Positions 13,023 through 27,533 of a stretch of DNA of 64,000 bases are shown here, in pieces; position 1 is the stretch's first letter; each line of letters opens with the position of its first letter. The translations under genes and the position numbers were made by a program. Location: assembly GCA_028534125.1 (NCBI GenBank), contig CM052816.1, positions 81,098,001 through 81,162,000 of the forward strand, written 5' to 3'. The notes below the pieces were generated by a model. That model had not been told where the DNA came from. It saw only the letters and a program-made list of their open reading frames with translations, and did not search any database. Origin of the DNA: Lama glama (Eukaryota).

Positions 13023-14046
13023 CTGTGAGCTTTTGTTTTCACTCCTCTCAGCTTCTCCATGTGTCCTCCTTGGGGCATGGGAGAACGTCTGGGCTCTGAG
13101 AATGACAGGAACAGGTCATAGGAGGCCGGAAGTGGTGTCTCAGGTCCATCTATCAAGCTGCCTCTCTGTTAGGGATACACCACATTGGAAATCAGGGCTG
13201 CCCAGCCCACTGTGAGACTAATTCCAGAAGTTTGCAAATTACCTCAGGCTACATATAAGGAAACTGACCAATCATCCCCCTGTGACTGGGTTTCCATACA
13301 CCTATCTAGGTATTTCTGCTGCCCTTGAAGTTTTGGCCTGAATAAGGTCCCTAAGGGCCCTAACATTTGACCTCCATATCCTACTCTGTCTCCTTCCTCC
13401 TTCCCACCGCCCTCTGAGATGGCAAGGAATGCGCTTTCCTTCCTTCCTTAATGGCAGAGGCCTCTGTGACACGGTATCTATGTTCCCTCTGCCTTGTTAC
13501 TTATAATAAAACTCGGTGGTCAAAAAAGTTATTGGGAGCTAAAGAAGTTTAGGAAATCTATTCTCTCCCACCAAGTCCTCTTTCAAAATATTGTCAGCCT
13601 GTGAACTCAAAACTTCTGTTCTGAAATTTAAAATTCAGCATTGCCTTTGTCCTTGAATTCCTGCTGCAAAAATCCTAATTTTCCCCCAAGGCAAATGGGT
13701 GCCTCTGACAGAATAAGAGGTCACATACAAGGAAATTCAAATACCAAAATCATCTTAAATCAAAAATATGACCCCTTTTACACTAGAATGGAAAAAAATG
13801 GAACATAATTGTGTCAAATTATTTGCTAACACTCTGATCTCATTCAGCCATAAATTTGAAAAACTTATCTTCTGTATCTTCTTGGAGTCATTGATAAAAA
13901 GGATAAAATTATTGAATGAGACAGAGGACAGAACTTGGAGACACACCACAGAAACATGTTTGCAAATTGACAGTGATCCACAGTGAAAATATTGCTTGCT
14001 TGGAATTTATTCCTATGTTAGCCCAAGCAAATCGTTTTGGGGGGTT

Positions 14047-14671
14047 TGTAGTGGACAAACCCCACAATGTTCCTCTTCTGGTATTCACGCCCTTATATAA
14101 TTTCCTCCCTTTGAGTTTGGGTGGTACTTGTGAGCTGCTTCTAACCAATAGAATATGGCAGTGGTGATGCAGTGCCTTGCCTTGATTGTTAAGTTCTATA
14201 AGGCTCTGTCTTGCTAGAGACTTTCTCCCTTGCTGGCTTTGAAGAGATAAGTGGCCATGTTCGAAGGCCCTCATACCAAGAGGGTGAGGAGGGCCTCTAA
14301 GAGCTGAGGATAGCTTCTAGCCAACAGCCAGAAGGAAGCTAAGGCCCTCAGTCTCACAGCCACAAGGTAGTAAGTTCTGTCAACAACCCAAGAGAGCTTG
14401 AAAAGGATGCTTCTCCAGTCAGTCCTTCAGGTGAGAACACAGCCTGACCAATACTTTGATTATCGCAGCCTGAATCCAGAGAATCCAGCTAAGCCTTGAT
14501 CACATTCTTGACCCACAGAAATAGTAAGATACATATAGTATAGAATACATATGGTATGTGAACATACATATAATAAGCATACTATATATATATATGTGAT
14601 ATAGTAAATGTATATTGTTTTAAGACACTATGTTTGTGGCAATTTGTTACATAGCATTGAAAACTAATACA
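14047..14671 (+). mobile_element. MaLR solo LTR (MLT1F/H-like) with an internal AT-rich simple-repeat expansion
   Basis: TGTAGTGG... start, CTTCTAACCAATAGAATATGGCA, CTTGCTGGCTTTGAAGA, and ...TTTGTGGCAATTTGTTACATAGCATTGAAAACTAATACA end. Confidence 0.8.
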
Positions 14672-17239
14672 AGGTCTTAGAGTGAGGGAACAAACTGTTC
14701 AAACCTGTGCCTTGGTTCTGATCCCTGCTTCATACTAGATAGTCAAGTGACTGAATCAGAACTCAGAAGATCTAGGATCTAAGACAAATCCCACTAAATT
14801 ATGACCAGCAATTTCTTCCCCTTCCCTATGCTTCATTTTTTTCATCTATAAAATGAGGACATCATAGTGGGTGAACTCTAAGGAACGTTTCAGCTCAAAT
14901 ATTTTATGTCCTATGGCCCCAAAACAGGAAGATACCCCTGAAATGCATTTGAACTGAGGTCAAACAGAAAAGAATGAAGTTTGGAAATAATGGAACGGAA
15001 ATGAGCAAGTATTGAAGACTAAGAGGAAATTCAGCTCAGAATAGAAAGTTTGAAAAGCCTGGATACTGATAAGCCCCATAGAAGTTCCATAGAAGTTAAC
15101 GAAATGAAATGACCCAGACCAATTACAGACATGATGCTGGCACAGCCAGTCAAGTGGGCAATGGGACCATTAGCACTTCCCACCTTGGTTTAATGGACTT
15201 CATTCCAAAGACATCTTTTGTTTGGTTTGGTTTTTTTTTTTTAATCTAGCTCAAATATTTTCCAGTGAAAGAAAAAGGCACATACTTTTAGCCCAACTCT
15301 GAGAAACAGCGTAGAAATCCTCTTCATGTTCTCCACCCCTAATAACAGACGTTGCTCAGTTATTAGACCGCTGTCATGACTTCTGGTTAGTCGGGAGAGC
15401 AGAGCCAATGTTCCTAGAAGGAAACCAGAGCAACAAACTTATGTGAAATAGTTTTGTGGGTCCCCATTTTCTAATGCTACATAAAGAAAGGCTTTGAACA
15501 GTGCTGGATTCTGGGAAGAACCATGGTGAGTATTTTCAAAGATTTCAAAGTCAATGGGGGATATAACTGAGAACATAAATTCTAAGCCATCATAAGCTGA
15601 ATGCTGGAGAAAGAGAAGCAAGTGTTCTTTTCAGTGTGAAAAAAAAAAAAAAACCTGCTCATTACGGCCTTAGAATGAATCTACTCTTACAAGTCTAATC
15701 CATGAATAAACTAAGAAATAGAACTTTGCTGAAAAATTCCTCATGGATTTATAAGTTGCTATAAGTCCCCAGGGAGTGGAGTTTGAGCTATAAAGTTGTC
15801 TGAGGTACACAAGTCTGTACAGTGTAGTGAGAAGTTGGAAACTGACATCTGTCCACAACAAAGACACTACTGATACCAAAAGCCAGACCTATCTGGCTTC
15901 CTGTCCCCTGTGTCAAATAGTACTTAGTGTGGGTTTAAGAGTAACTTAATGGTTGCTGGCTTAAGAAAGAGGAAACTCTGAGGGACTGTTGGATGTGTGA
16001 AAGCAGAAGAACCAATCTAGATTTCTTAAAAACCTAGGACTTTAAGTCACTTAATTTTTATCTTAAATTGATCATATTATTGGTCTAATAATATTCAAAA
16101 TCTTTAACTACTAAAATACATTTAAGTAAAGCCAGAAAACAAATGTACATATGCCCTCATTCCTCTTGTCAAATGAAATAACAACATTAAAGGGCCCAGC
16201 AAATAGAAGGTTTCATTTCATCGTACATTCTGTGCTTTATCCAAATGTCCCATAATAATGGACCAATTCTTTGCCAACTCTTAGATTTTGTAATGAACTC
16301 AGCTGAATGTTTAAGGTGTCGTTTTGGATGGACATCAGTTAAAAACACAATCACAAAACTGGACTATAGTAAGACTAAGCCGAGAATATTGACTGTCTTA
16401 TAGATTATACCAATCTCTGATGCTAAATCCATTTGTGAAGCCTGCTTTGGCCAAATGCAACATTCTTTTCTTCCTCAACTGAGAAAGGGTCTAATTTGGA
16501 AGAACTATGAGAGAAAATTACCAACTTTGGGGGCATAACAATGCTTGGTCAGAGTAAAGATTATTTTATTTTCTGTGTATTTTGACAGTTAGACTGGATC
16601 AAAAATCTGGAAGTCAGTGATTGGTCATGATCTTACCACCTTAAGCAGGCAGCTGGGTGCTCGTCAGATGGAGGACTTCAAGGAGATGTTTCACAACCCT
16701 TAGATATTTTCAGGATGGGCTTTTTATTTACCTTTGAGTTCGGTCATATTTTCTAGTTTATATTCAAGAATTCAATAAAAGAACATTTTTAGCCATTTCA
16801 CTCGGTATTTTTAATCATTTTCATTCACCAAAGAAGGTATTGGTGTCCAACTATATTCAAAACATCTTGCCAATTAGAGCAGGGGAGAGGGATAAAGAAA
16901 TTTATAAGACATAATTCCTGGCCTCTAAGAATAGCTAGTCTTAGTGAGAGAAATGAGACATAGTCACAGACAACCACAAAACAAGGCAAAATGTGCCATA
17001 AGAGGAGTACAGCTAATATACAACATGAGCTTGAGGACAGAAGGATTATTTTGGATTGTCAGGACTCAAAAAAATATTCAACACTGTATGTCATTGATGT
17101 ACAATATGGGGCAATCATTTATCCTAGAATCAAGGATCTCAGAACTAGGAGAATTCTGAGAAGTCACCAAGTCCAATTCTTTATCCCAGGGGTTCCTAAG
17201 TAGAAATCCATGAACTGGCTTTAGGGTATTTGGATCCTC

Positions 17240-17680
17240 CTCATTGCCTTTGGAGACACACCGTCTTCTATTCAGTCATTAAATATTGAAGTTTCTCAGA
17301 TATTCATCTCAGGCCCATTCCATCCATGCCCATGACTTCATTAGTATGTATATCCACGATTCCTAAATTTACCTCTCCAGTCAAGACCTCATCTCTAAAG
17401 TTCCATATATTTTACTGCCCACTTGACATCTCCACTAGGAAAACTCAACAAGTCTAAGATGTACCTCATAATCTTCCCCTTTAAACCTGGTCCTCTTTTA
17501 TAGTTACCTCCTGCTTCCATCCTTAAACCCCTACAACTCTATCTCTACCCACTGAAATCACATCATCTTTTTTCAACCCATATCTAGTCATGTCACTCTT
17601 TTGCTAAGATCCTTTAACAACTTCTCATTGTTGATTAAAGACCAAACTCTACACATGACTTCATGGTCTTGTGTGCTTTT
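17240..17680 (+). mobile_element. LINE-2 fragment
   Basis: CCTAAATTTACCTCTCCAGTCAAGACCTC...CTGCCCACTTGACATCTCCACTAGG...CTCAACAAGTCTAA are typical L2 motifs. Confidence 0.6.
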
Positions 17681-17976
17681 GGCTGTAAATCATGGAGAGC
17701 CCTCACTCAATTAGCTTAAATAGTAGTGATGTTACTTATAAAGAATTCCTTACAATGGTGGCTTCAGATGGATCATCGACATCTTCAAGGACCCAATTTT
17801 CTTTCATCTTTCTTCTCTGCCATTGAATTCTTTTAAAGATTTCTGGTTTATGTTCACCATTGCTTTGGCCATGAAGTCAAAATTTTCTTTCTGTATCAAT
17901 CCATACTGAACTATTATTTAAAGTGTCTTCATTTTGTCATTTAATTATGGTGAGGGCATCTTTGCAAAGTATTATC

Positions 17977-18402
17977 TTTTTTTAAATTGATTAACAATGC
18001 ATTAGTTTCTGGTGTACAACAGTGGTTCCATTGTATATGTACATATATATTCTTTTTCACTATAGGTTATTACAAAATATTGAATATCATTCCCTGTGGT
18101 ATACAGTAGGATGTTGTTGTTTATCTATTTTTTATATAGTAGTTTGTATCTGCTAATCCTAAACTCTTAATTTATCCATCCCCTCCTTTCCCCTTTGGTA
18201 ACCACAAGTTTGTTTTCTATGTCTGTGAGTGTCTTTCTCTTTTGTAAATAAGTTCATTTGTATCATTTTTTAGATTCCACATATAAGTGATGTCTTTCTC
18301 TATCTGACCTACTTCACTTAGTATGATAACCACTAGGTCCATCCATGTTGCTGCAAATGGCATTATTTCATTCTTTTTTATAGCTGAGTAGTATTCCATT
18401 GT
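17977..18402 (-). mobile_element. 5'-truncated cetartiodactyl-type LINE-1 (ORF2 C-terminus plus 3'UTR)
   Basis: ORF 18217..18399 (MEYYSAIKKNEIMPFAATWMDL) is the L1 ORF2 end. The 3'UTR is homologous to 7445-7768. Confidence 0.88.
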
Positions 18403-19477
18403 AAGGTATTTTCAAGTGTAATTGGGTAGAGTCCGTAGGATATGTTGCTACACCAAGTTGCACAATTTTGAGAATTACCTCCCTGGTCACATGACCAAAA
18501 AAGTGTCATGGTCCCATTCCAACTTATCTATAAAGCATCAGCAGCCAATGAGTTCCAAGGGCAGAAGCATTCAGTTGTACTGGACTGAAACATTTAATAG
18601 TATTTGGTCAAGCATTGAGTGGCACACTGTGTTTTCTTCAGACTACCTCCCAAGAAGATAAAATATTCATCAGTTGTGAGTCTTGCATTCTCCCCTTGCC
18701 ATGTGCTTCGCTGTGTTGAACAGGTACAGGGCTATAACTCAAGAGATAACAAGGAAATAAAAGGGAATATAAAAAGTATGAGTTCTTGTTTTAAAGTCAT
18801 AATTTGAGGAGAGGCATACCAGGCAGAAAGGCACCATGAGAAACCCTCCTTGAGAATGGCAATGATGCTGACAGGAACACAGCTTGCCAAGCTAAAGGTT
18901 CTGATCCAACATCAACTGCAAATAAAAATTGATGAACAGAAAGTCATTTGCAGTAAAAATGCTATGTTGCTTGTAGTCATTACTTAAAGGTAGCCAAGGC
19001 GACCTTTGTGACCTCCAAAAGAAGACAACCACCCCAGCCTGAGGAGAGACCAAGACTTAAAATCAGGAGGAAAGAGACTCCTATAGTTCTAGTCTAGTCC
19101 AAGCATATAATAGACATGGCACGAAGACCCTAGCATGAGCTCACAGGAGAAAAGCAGGAGCCAAGATGAAGTGGTCTTTCCATCATTAGGAAAACACATA
19201 GAAGACTTGTAAGGAGAGCTCTATAAAGCTTATGTAATGAACCCAGGTGAACATTAATTGAGTGATAATTTTGGATGGAAAACAAACACGAAAGTTCTGG
19301 GTGTTTTCTACTCTTGATCAAAAAACTCAGTTTGTCACAGCTTCTTCAAATTTTGAAGATCATTTGAATCCCCATTGCCATTGAGAGCTGAACTGAGCAA
19401 CTCAAGGTTGACTGATGGGATATTTTCAAAACATCCATAATTCCAGGGATCTTATGAAAAAATACAAGAAAGATATT

Positions 19478-20210
19478 GTCATCTCACACCCATTAGGGTG
19501 GCTACTGTCAAAAAAAACAGAAAATAACAAGTGTTGGCAAGGATGTGGAGAAATTGGAACCCTTGTGCCCTATTGGTGAGAGTGTAAAATGGGCAGCTGC
19601 TATGGAAAATAGTACAGAGCTCCCTCAAAAAATTAAAAATAGAACTACCATGTGATCCAGCAATCCCACTTCTGTATATATAACCAAAAGAATTAAAAAC
19701 AGAGTCTCAAAGAAATATCTGCTCATCCATGTTCATATCAGCACTATTGACAATAGCCAAGAGATACAAACAACCCAGATATTCATTTATAAATGAAAGT
19801 CAAAACAAAATGTGGTGTATACATGCAGTGGAATATTATTCAGCCTTAAAAGAAGAGAAAAATTCTGACACATACTAAAACATGGATGAACCTTGAGGAC
19901 ATTATGCTAAGTGAAGTAAGCCAATCACAAAAAGACAAAAATACTGTATGATTCCATTTATATGAGGCATCTAGTAGTCAAATTCATAGACATAGAAAAA
20001 AGAATGGTGGTTGCCAGGGGGAAGGGGGAGTTGTCATTTAACAGGTATAGAGTTTCAGATTTGCAAGATTAAAATGTTCTGGAGATCTGTTTCACAATAA
20101 TGTGAATATATTTCACAGTACTGAACTTTATACTTAAAAATGGCTAAGATGGTAAATTCTATGTTATGTGTTTTTTACCACCACCACCACAACAACAACA
20201 ATAAAAAAAA
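19478..20210 (+). mobile_element. LINE-1 3' end (L1MA/L1MB age class) with degenerate TSD
   Basis: CTCACACCCATTAGGGTGGCTACT...AACAAGTGTTGGCAAGGATGTGGAGAAATTGGAACCC...GGTAAATTCTATGTTATGTG followed by an A-rich tail. Flanks are AAAGATATTGTCA and AAAGACATTGCCA. Confidence 0.88.
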
Positions 20211-23200
20211 GACATTGCCAGTTCCTTTATTGGCAATTAACTTCAGGAAAGATTGGGTGAGAGACTTCCTCACAGATAACAGGAAGACTGATGGGGGAAA
20301 TAATACAGAGTTTTAAGTGGACAGGACTTGTCTCTGTTCCCAGTAGCTTGGGAACTGTTGAAGCTGCAGAGTGTAAATGAAGACAGAGCTGAGATAATAA
20401 CCTCGGAATACAAAGGGATTGAAGAGGTTTATGCAAGACCTCCTTTCTGCTCACTTCGGGTCTCCTCAATTCTGAATCTCTTGATGGATCTGCATCTTCT
20501 GATATCAGACCCACCCACTCTGTCCTCCTTAGTCTCTGTACCACCTGAACTGTCCACACAGAATCTTCATATGATTTGCCTCTATCTGTGCTGGGAAGAC
20601 AACTAAGAGAAAGTACCACATCCTGGGGGCTAAAACACAAGCATGGATTGGGCATGGAGGGAGCCCTGGGGATCAGGTGAGCCACCTAAAGGTGGGTCCA
20701 TGTGGTTCTTTAGTTCCCAGATGTAATGCAGACCACCCAGTACAGAAACTTACCTCACCTCTAAGACCCCGATTCAGGGTTTCAGCAATGCCTGACATTT
20801 TCTACCAAGGGTAAGAAAGGGCATCCATTGTTTATCTACAAAGCGGGTGGGGATTTGCCAGTTTACAGAAACCAGGACTTGGGTTTTAGCCACATAGGAA
20901 CAGAGAATGAACCTTTCAGAGAAAATATGCCATGACTAGGTGTCTCTCTAGGTGACCTTGGGTGATGTCTAGCCTCCTGATCAGAACCAATGCCCAGATC
21001 TTTCTTCCCATGACAGTTCCTGAGGAAGAACATGATGAACTTTCTTCTGTGGATCTTCTGGGTGTGTTTATGTCTATTAGAAGGCAGAGGACATTGAGGC
21101 TACTTAAGTGCAGTAAGAAAAATCCCTTGAGACCCTCAGAGTCCTCCAGCTCTGGAGAATTTAGTCACCTGTGAGCCTTTAGCTCCTCATCTTCTCACCC
21201 AGCTTCACAGAGTTCAGGTATCCATCTTCCATTCCTCCTGCCTGCCCCACTCCAAGGTGCTAAGGGTCAAGAATCTACAGCCCAGAGGATCCTGAACCCA
21301 GAACCTACTTTGCCTTAAAATGAACAGTCAAGCCTACAGTGTACTTTCTGAAAAAATTAAACAATTATTCCCTCTGGAGGGAGGGAGCCTGTTTTAAAAG
21401 CCAAAAATGATGTGTTTCCTTTAACAAGTCTCCACAGTGACAACTTTGGTCACGGCCACCTCTAGTCTGGAACTAGCATCTGGGAGAAAAACTGGAGGTC
21501 TCGGGAAACAGCACCAAACTGTCAGGTCAGGAAACCGGCAGGCACCTTGGAAGGAAAAAGGGAGCACACGGTCACGGTAAAAACAGAGCTCCTTATCGGC
21601 GGTGTTCGTTCTCCTCAATCAAGGAATTCCGTGTTTTCCTGAGAAGGTAAATAGGAGAAGGTTATGAGCCCTGAGATGCCTCACTGAAACGCACCCAGAG
21701 TAGCTGTGTGTTCACCAGGAGACCCCCATTGGCGTTGCAGGCTGTAAATTTTGGTCATTCCTGAGAGGTAACAAGAGAGGTTCTGTCAGCTGTGCAATTA
21801 CTTTGTTTTGGCAGGACACTTTGGAGTCAAGAAAACATTGGCTGGAGTTCAAGGCCAAGATTTTGGATCAGCTGCCACCATAATTTTTCAGAAATGTGAT
21901 GACTGTTCCTCAAGAAATAGTTTCCTGAGTAGGCTGCAGGAATGTCTCCCGTACGTGTTCGAATGGGAGTTAAAGAATGAAGCCCTTGGGGACCTCCTGG
22001 TACGACTGAGTGACCATGGGCTTCTCAAGCAAAGGGCAAGAAGTCCGGGTCACATCAGGAATCCTCCTCACCAAATGTACTCAAAGAATTAGAGAGCGAT
22101 TTTCATTGAGACAGGCCATGCTGGGACTCTGTATCTTCTTCATGGTATGTGAGAAGCGCAATGTAAAAAATCCATCCAGGTTACCCAGGTAGATCTTCTG
22201 TCTTCAAGTTCTGTTACACTAACAGCGTAGGCTTCCTATGCTTCTCCATATCCTGTTTGGATGTCATAGTAAAGAGGAGAATCATGGGAACATCTGGATG
22301 GCCCCCGACCTTCCAGAGGACCATGGGTGGACTCATTCTTTCTTGCCTATCACGGTCCTTCATTACACAGCAGAAGGCATCACTCATACTTTAAAAGTTC
22401 AGAGGATGATTGCAATTTGAATACCAAGTCTGCAGGTTGGCATGAAGAACAGTCCCTACTATTTTTTCTTTAGCATAACATTGCATCTAGATGAACACTC
22501 TGTTAACACTGTATATTGTGCTTGTCAACAGAAACATTTACAATGTCCCTGAGTTCCTAAGATAGAAAAGAAGATGAAGTCTGGGTGGTTGGAGGTTGGG
22601 TATAAAATTAAGAGTCGAACACAGAAATACCATTACGGGAAGCAGAGGTGTGATGCCTGTGGAGGTGCTGAGTGTGCTTGGCAGTGAGGGGAGAGAGGAA
22701 AAGGCAGGTCCTTTGAGGCAGTGGCTGGGCCATAGAAATAATAACCTGAAAATTAATTTATTACCAATTATTACATTCAGTTTATTAATTTTGTGGGAGT
22801 AAACTTGAGTATATTAAAAATAAAAAGCACTGTTTGCTCTATAAGAGAGTTTACAAAGAAGATAGTCAGCCTCTGAAAATTTATATAATTCACACAAATG
22901 TTTCCAAGATGGGGGCTGATGCTGGATTTCTCATTCTGTTTAGATTACATTCATTACTCTTGGGGAAACCTGTAAAAATTTCTCTGCTCTACTATGAATG
23001 TGCTTAGATAGTGTCTACATCACAAATATAATATTTAAAATGTCACAAGAGATAGTGTTATACAAACGATATGGACTGAGATCTGACTTGGAAAGCCTAC
23101 TAAATTTCAATCGTTTTGAATTGAATTTTTATTCTCTGTATTTTTTTATCACGTTTCCAGCCTTACCACGTTTGCCACGTGGTGTATGTCAGGAGAAGGT

Positions 23201-23727
23201 GCGGAGGTGGGTCTAAAAGTTCAACAGCAAAGCTTCCAATGATCAGATTCCTATTGATTCTCATCCTTTTGTGTCGCTCTCTGCTTCCCACCCCCCCAGC
23301 TTGAGTGCACACACAAACCTCACTAAAATACTGAGGGTTCTTGTGAGACAACAGCAATTTGGGAATACTAGCTGAAGCCACAAAAAAAGTTCATATTGTA
23401 AGGATCTCTGTTACAGGAGTCACAATCTTTGATCTCTCAGGGGACCCTTAGGGCAGAGCTCTCTCCAGGGCTGTTTCTAAGCTGGGAAGTTCACCCTAAC
23501 ATTCAAGACTCTTGTTAGGGTCTGTAGTGCCTTTCATCCACAGGTATAAAAAGGGCATTCGGCTTTTGAAGCCCTGGGTTCTAGACCTGAGTTGACTGTT
23601 TATCAGCTGTGAGATTTTGAATAGATCATTTAACGTCTCAGAACATCAATTTCCTTATCTGTGAAAGAGAGGTGTCACTGAGGGGTTGAGTTCTGGGTTC
23701 ACCTGCTAGGAAGAAGGCCATGGTGGT

Positions 23728-24132
23728 CAGTGGTGTGCTGGTAAGCATTTGACAACCAGGTCTCTGGAGGGAACGTGCCACGATTTGTAATGTTTGCTGA
23801 TTTCCATGGTGTAAATATTCGTACCAAGACCCACTGCAAGCTACCAGTGTCATGTTACTGAACGTGTAGCAAGCACCCCATTATTTTGTATTTCTGTACA
23901 GATACCTTACAGTTGGAGTAATAAAAGTAACCCCAAATGCATAGACAATGGGAAAATGTTGTAATTAAAAAGTGATGATTTGAGTTTTTATTCCCTTTGT
24001 TTTTAATAAAATTTATTTAGTAATAGTTTATACAATTTAGTTTTTAAGAATGCCTTTGTTTACCAACCAGCTCATGAAGTTCCTGAAAATGTAATCAATT
24101 GTTCCCTCAAGCCAGCTCCAGCACATCACCAG
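23728..24132. mobile_element. MER63-like hAT (Blackjack) DNA transposon
   Basis: Inverted termini CAGTGGTGTGCTGG ... CCAGCACATCACCAG. The interior TTTGCTGATTTCCATGGTGTAAATA matches MER63 as I recall it. Confidence 0.7.
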
Positions 24133-26449
24133 TGGTGTGGTTTCTTTAACATAAACCAGAGAATGGCAATTAATTCTTAAATAAAACCTAAGAAAGCCTT
24201 TGGGCCAAGGTTCACTTGAATGAGATAATATAGGATCTTGGATGGGTAGAAATGAGGATAAAACACAAAAATTGTCTATAGTGATGTGCAGGGTTTGGGC
24301 ATCAGGAGCTATTCTTTTTTCTCTTAAGTCAAAGCAGCTAAGTTTAAAAAGGCTTAAAATAAAAGTGTCAGTGTGATGGTTTGGAAGTGGAGGTCTCTAA
24401 CGTGTTATATTATTTCGCTGTCATTATTGTTATCATAATAAGCTGATAAGTAGTGATCTGTCTCACTGTAGTAGCTGCTTGTAAAGTAGCTAAAAGTTCA
24501 AGATTGGAGACTGGTTTTGAGAAACAACTATGAATCATTTGGAGGAAAGAGCTTCAGCCTGAGGTGTTTGTTCTGCCAACATTTTTGGTTTGAAGATGAC
24601 TTGTTAACCACTCAACTAGTCAGAATGTGAGCATTCTCTCAAAAGAGGGCAAAGATAAACTGTTAGGAATCTGGGCTGGGACACAGGTTTTGGGTGGCCT
24701 TTAAAAGAATCAGCCAGCAGGGATTTACTCAGCAGATATCTCTAAGCCCCTGGAATACAAAAAGACAGGAAGGCTGGCCCAGAAGACAAGATATAGTCTC
24801 AGGTTCACAGTGAATAAACAAGCAGACATAGTGTAATCCTATCAGACAACAGACCGTGTTTCTAGACTGGTGGACTTCATGAATTTTAACCATTAGTTGC
24901 CAAACTTTTTATTTTGTCTAATAAAGACATTTTAAACAAAAGCTAACTCTTATCACTACCATTTTATAATAGAAGAAGTATTTTCACATTTCAGACACAA
25001 TGTCACAAAGTTACAATCTCAGAAGAAGAGCCAGTGCTTTACATACTGAGTCACCTCATGTTTATGAACACTTCCCTATTATTGTCCTAATTTTTCTTAT
25101 TTCAGCTCAAACTGGTAAAACTCCCCAGATTGACACTGGTCTGCAGATGGTATTTGAGAACCTCAGAGCCACAGTCCTAAATTCTGCCATAAGCACACAG
25201 TCATTTTCTTGTCATCATGATTGATGTGTGCTAGGGCAGGAAGTGACAGGATTAAAGGTGAGAGGGTCTCCGAGGTCTTGTAGGCATACCTGGGACATTA
25301 GAACAACACTGAATGTGCCTCTGGTGGATTTCAAAGAGGAGGAGAGCTTGGGTTCTAGAACCAGATTTCCTACTTTCACACCTTGGCTCTGTCATTCCCT
25401 GTCTGGGGGTAAGAGGGCAAGGTGTATAAGTTCTCTGTGTCTCATGAGAAATGACCACGGTGCCAGCTTCACAGGGCTGCGGTGGGGACAGCGTGAGATT
25501 CAGGACCTAGAACAGCCTCTGGTAGAGGGTCCACACCACAGACACAAGCTTTTGCAGATGCTCTGTGCCAGGAACCTCCCACCCACTGTCTTGGCATGCC
25601 CCAGCATCCTCACCTATGAAATGAGGATAAGATTAGAAGGATGCATATCTAGCACAAGGTCCATGCCAAGAGGACCCCATGGCCTCAGGGTGGGGCCAGA
25701 CTCGATAACGGGAACCCAAAACCTTGAGGCACTAGGTAAGGCTGCCTTGTGAAAACAGTAAAGGCTCCCATTTATGAAGCTTCTGCTGAACCTTCAAAGT
25801 AGTTATTAGTCTCCTGATTGTACAAAGGAGGAAACTGAGGCTCAGAACAGCCTGTGGTTTGCTGAGGCCCCACAGCTAGTAAATAGAAAAGCTGGAATTT
25901 AAGTTCTTGAGTCCTCTTTGTGGGAGGCCATTTAAGAATTTCCCAGTTTTAAGAAAAGTTCACAAAGCAGAAACATTTTGGAGTAAGTATTAACATTACA
26001 AAACTACATGGAGTCTCTTTGGGTAATAATTCCCCTGGTGCAGGAAATCGTTTATTTTGGAATCATTTCATACTTGACAAAGATGAGAAAGGAAGAGAAA
26101 CAAATCCAAAGTGTCAGGGAATTCTTTGAAGACCAGCAGCTTGGAAGTTACGATGGTAAAACTATAAGTAAGGTGGCAGTCGAAGAGAGGGCGTAAAGCT
26201 CCCCGGTATTGTCCACGTAGCTGCACACGCAGCGCCTGCAAGTCCCAAAGCCCTAACGTCAGTGAGTGAAGAAAATGAGGTGTAAAAACATCCGGAACGT
26301 ACGGGTCTGGCAAATTGGAGAGCATCTGCCCCAACCCAAAACTTTCGAATTCCTTTTCTTTTTTTCCCTCTCTGAGCACTGGCTGGCCGAACAAAACCCA
26401 TCTGCAGACCACCTGTTCACAACCCCTGAGACAATAAGTGCCGCAAAAT

Positions 26450-27010
26450 AAGGCAGGGCCCGTCAGGGGTGAGGCCAGACAGGGAAGCTTACAGAGAGCT
26501 GGGATGTGAACTGCAGATAAAGGATGGACCCAATCAGAAGGCAAGGGTCTTCCAGGCGGGAGGAACAGCAGGAATAAAAAGTTGCTGGCAAGAAAGTGCA
26601 GGGAATGTTTAGTGGATGACAAGTAAATCAATTTCAGTAAGTCAATTTCAGCACAATTTGACTGAACAAGGAGTAGTGAATAATAAGGTAAGAAAGCAAG
26701 ACTGAGGGGGGAGGGGGAGGGCTGTGAACACGAGGCACAGAATACGGAGTCTGACCTTTGAGGACTGGGAGTCTTTAAGGGTTGTTGAACAAGAGAGTAA
26801 CCCTCTGCAGCAGTATTTTAGGGAGACGAGCAGTGGTGAGCAAAATGAGTTAAAAGGAAGAGCTTAGAAATAAGAAGAGTTAGGAGGCTGCTCCCTGCTA
26901 ATCTGGGATGAGGTGATAATGGTCTTGTTTGGTGGCAGTGAAAATGGAGAGGGAGAGATGGGCAGGCATCTGAATGGATGTGGAAGGTGATGAAAAGGGT
27001 GCAGGTCTAC
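26450..27010 (-). mobile_element. LINE-2 fragment
   Basis: GGGAGGAACAGCAGGAATAAAAAG...GTTAGGAGGCTGCT...GGTGGCAGTGAAAATGGAGAG are antisense L2 motifs. Confidence 0.55.
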
Positions 27011-27069
27011 TGAGAGAGACCAAACGTGACCATAAGCCACCAGGCTAAGCAGTTTGGCAAAGTCGTCCT

Positions 27070-27305
27070 TAGAGCCAGCAATCTGACTTCAAACCCCAGC
27101 TCTGTCTCTTAGTAGCTGGGAAGCCTTGGGCAAGTACCTTGGCCTCTCTGTGCCTCCATTTACACACCTGTAAAAGGAGGAGGATGACCACAGTCTGCTT
27201 CGTAGGGGTGATGTATGGGTAACTATATATGGTTAAATAAATGAACACATTTAAGATGCTTAGTGCAGTCTTGGCTTGGGAAGCTCTCAGTAAATATTTA
27301 CTGTG
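27070..27305 (+). mobile_element. MIR SINE
   Basis: TTCAAACCCCAGCTCTGTCTCTTAGTAGCTGGGAAGCCTTGGGCAAGTACCTT...CTCTCTGTGCCTCCATTT...CTCAGTAAATATT. Confidence 0.8.
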
Positions 27306-27533
27306 ATGGAATTCAAATGGGGACACGCTCTCACTCATTCTTCATTTTCCTTCTGAATAAAATGCTGAGAATAGTTATCAAGGCTAAGATACCAGGTGGC
27401 AAGTTCTATTTAGATGCAGTCTAGCTGGATTTTTGCCTGAAAGCATAAAATGCCTTTGGTGGCACCCAAGACGGCTCTGGCTGGGGGAGCGTGGCTCTCG
27501 TGCACAGCTGGTGCTTCTCAAGCCTTTGTGAAC

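Noticed and set aside
25228..25752. 174-aa plus-strand ORF
   Set aside because: It runs through MIR-like sequence, has no recognisable domain and has no splice context.
26068..26631. 187-aa minus-strand ORF
   Set aside because: It partly overlaps an L2 remnant and shows no recognisable homology.
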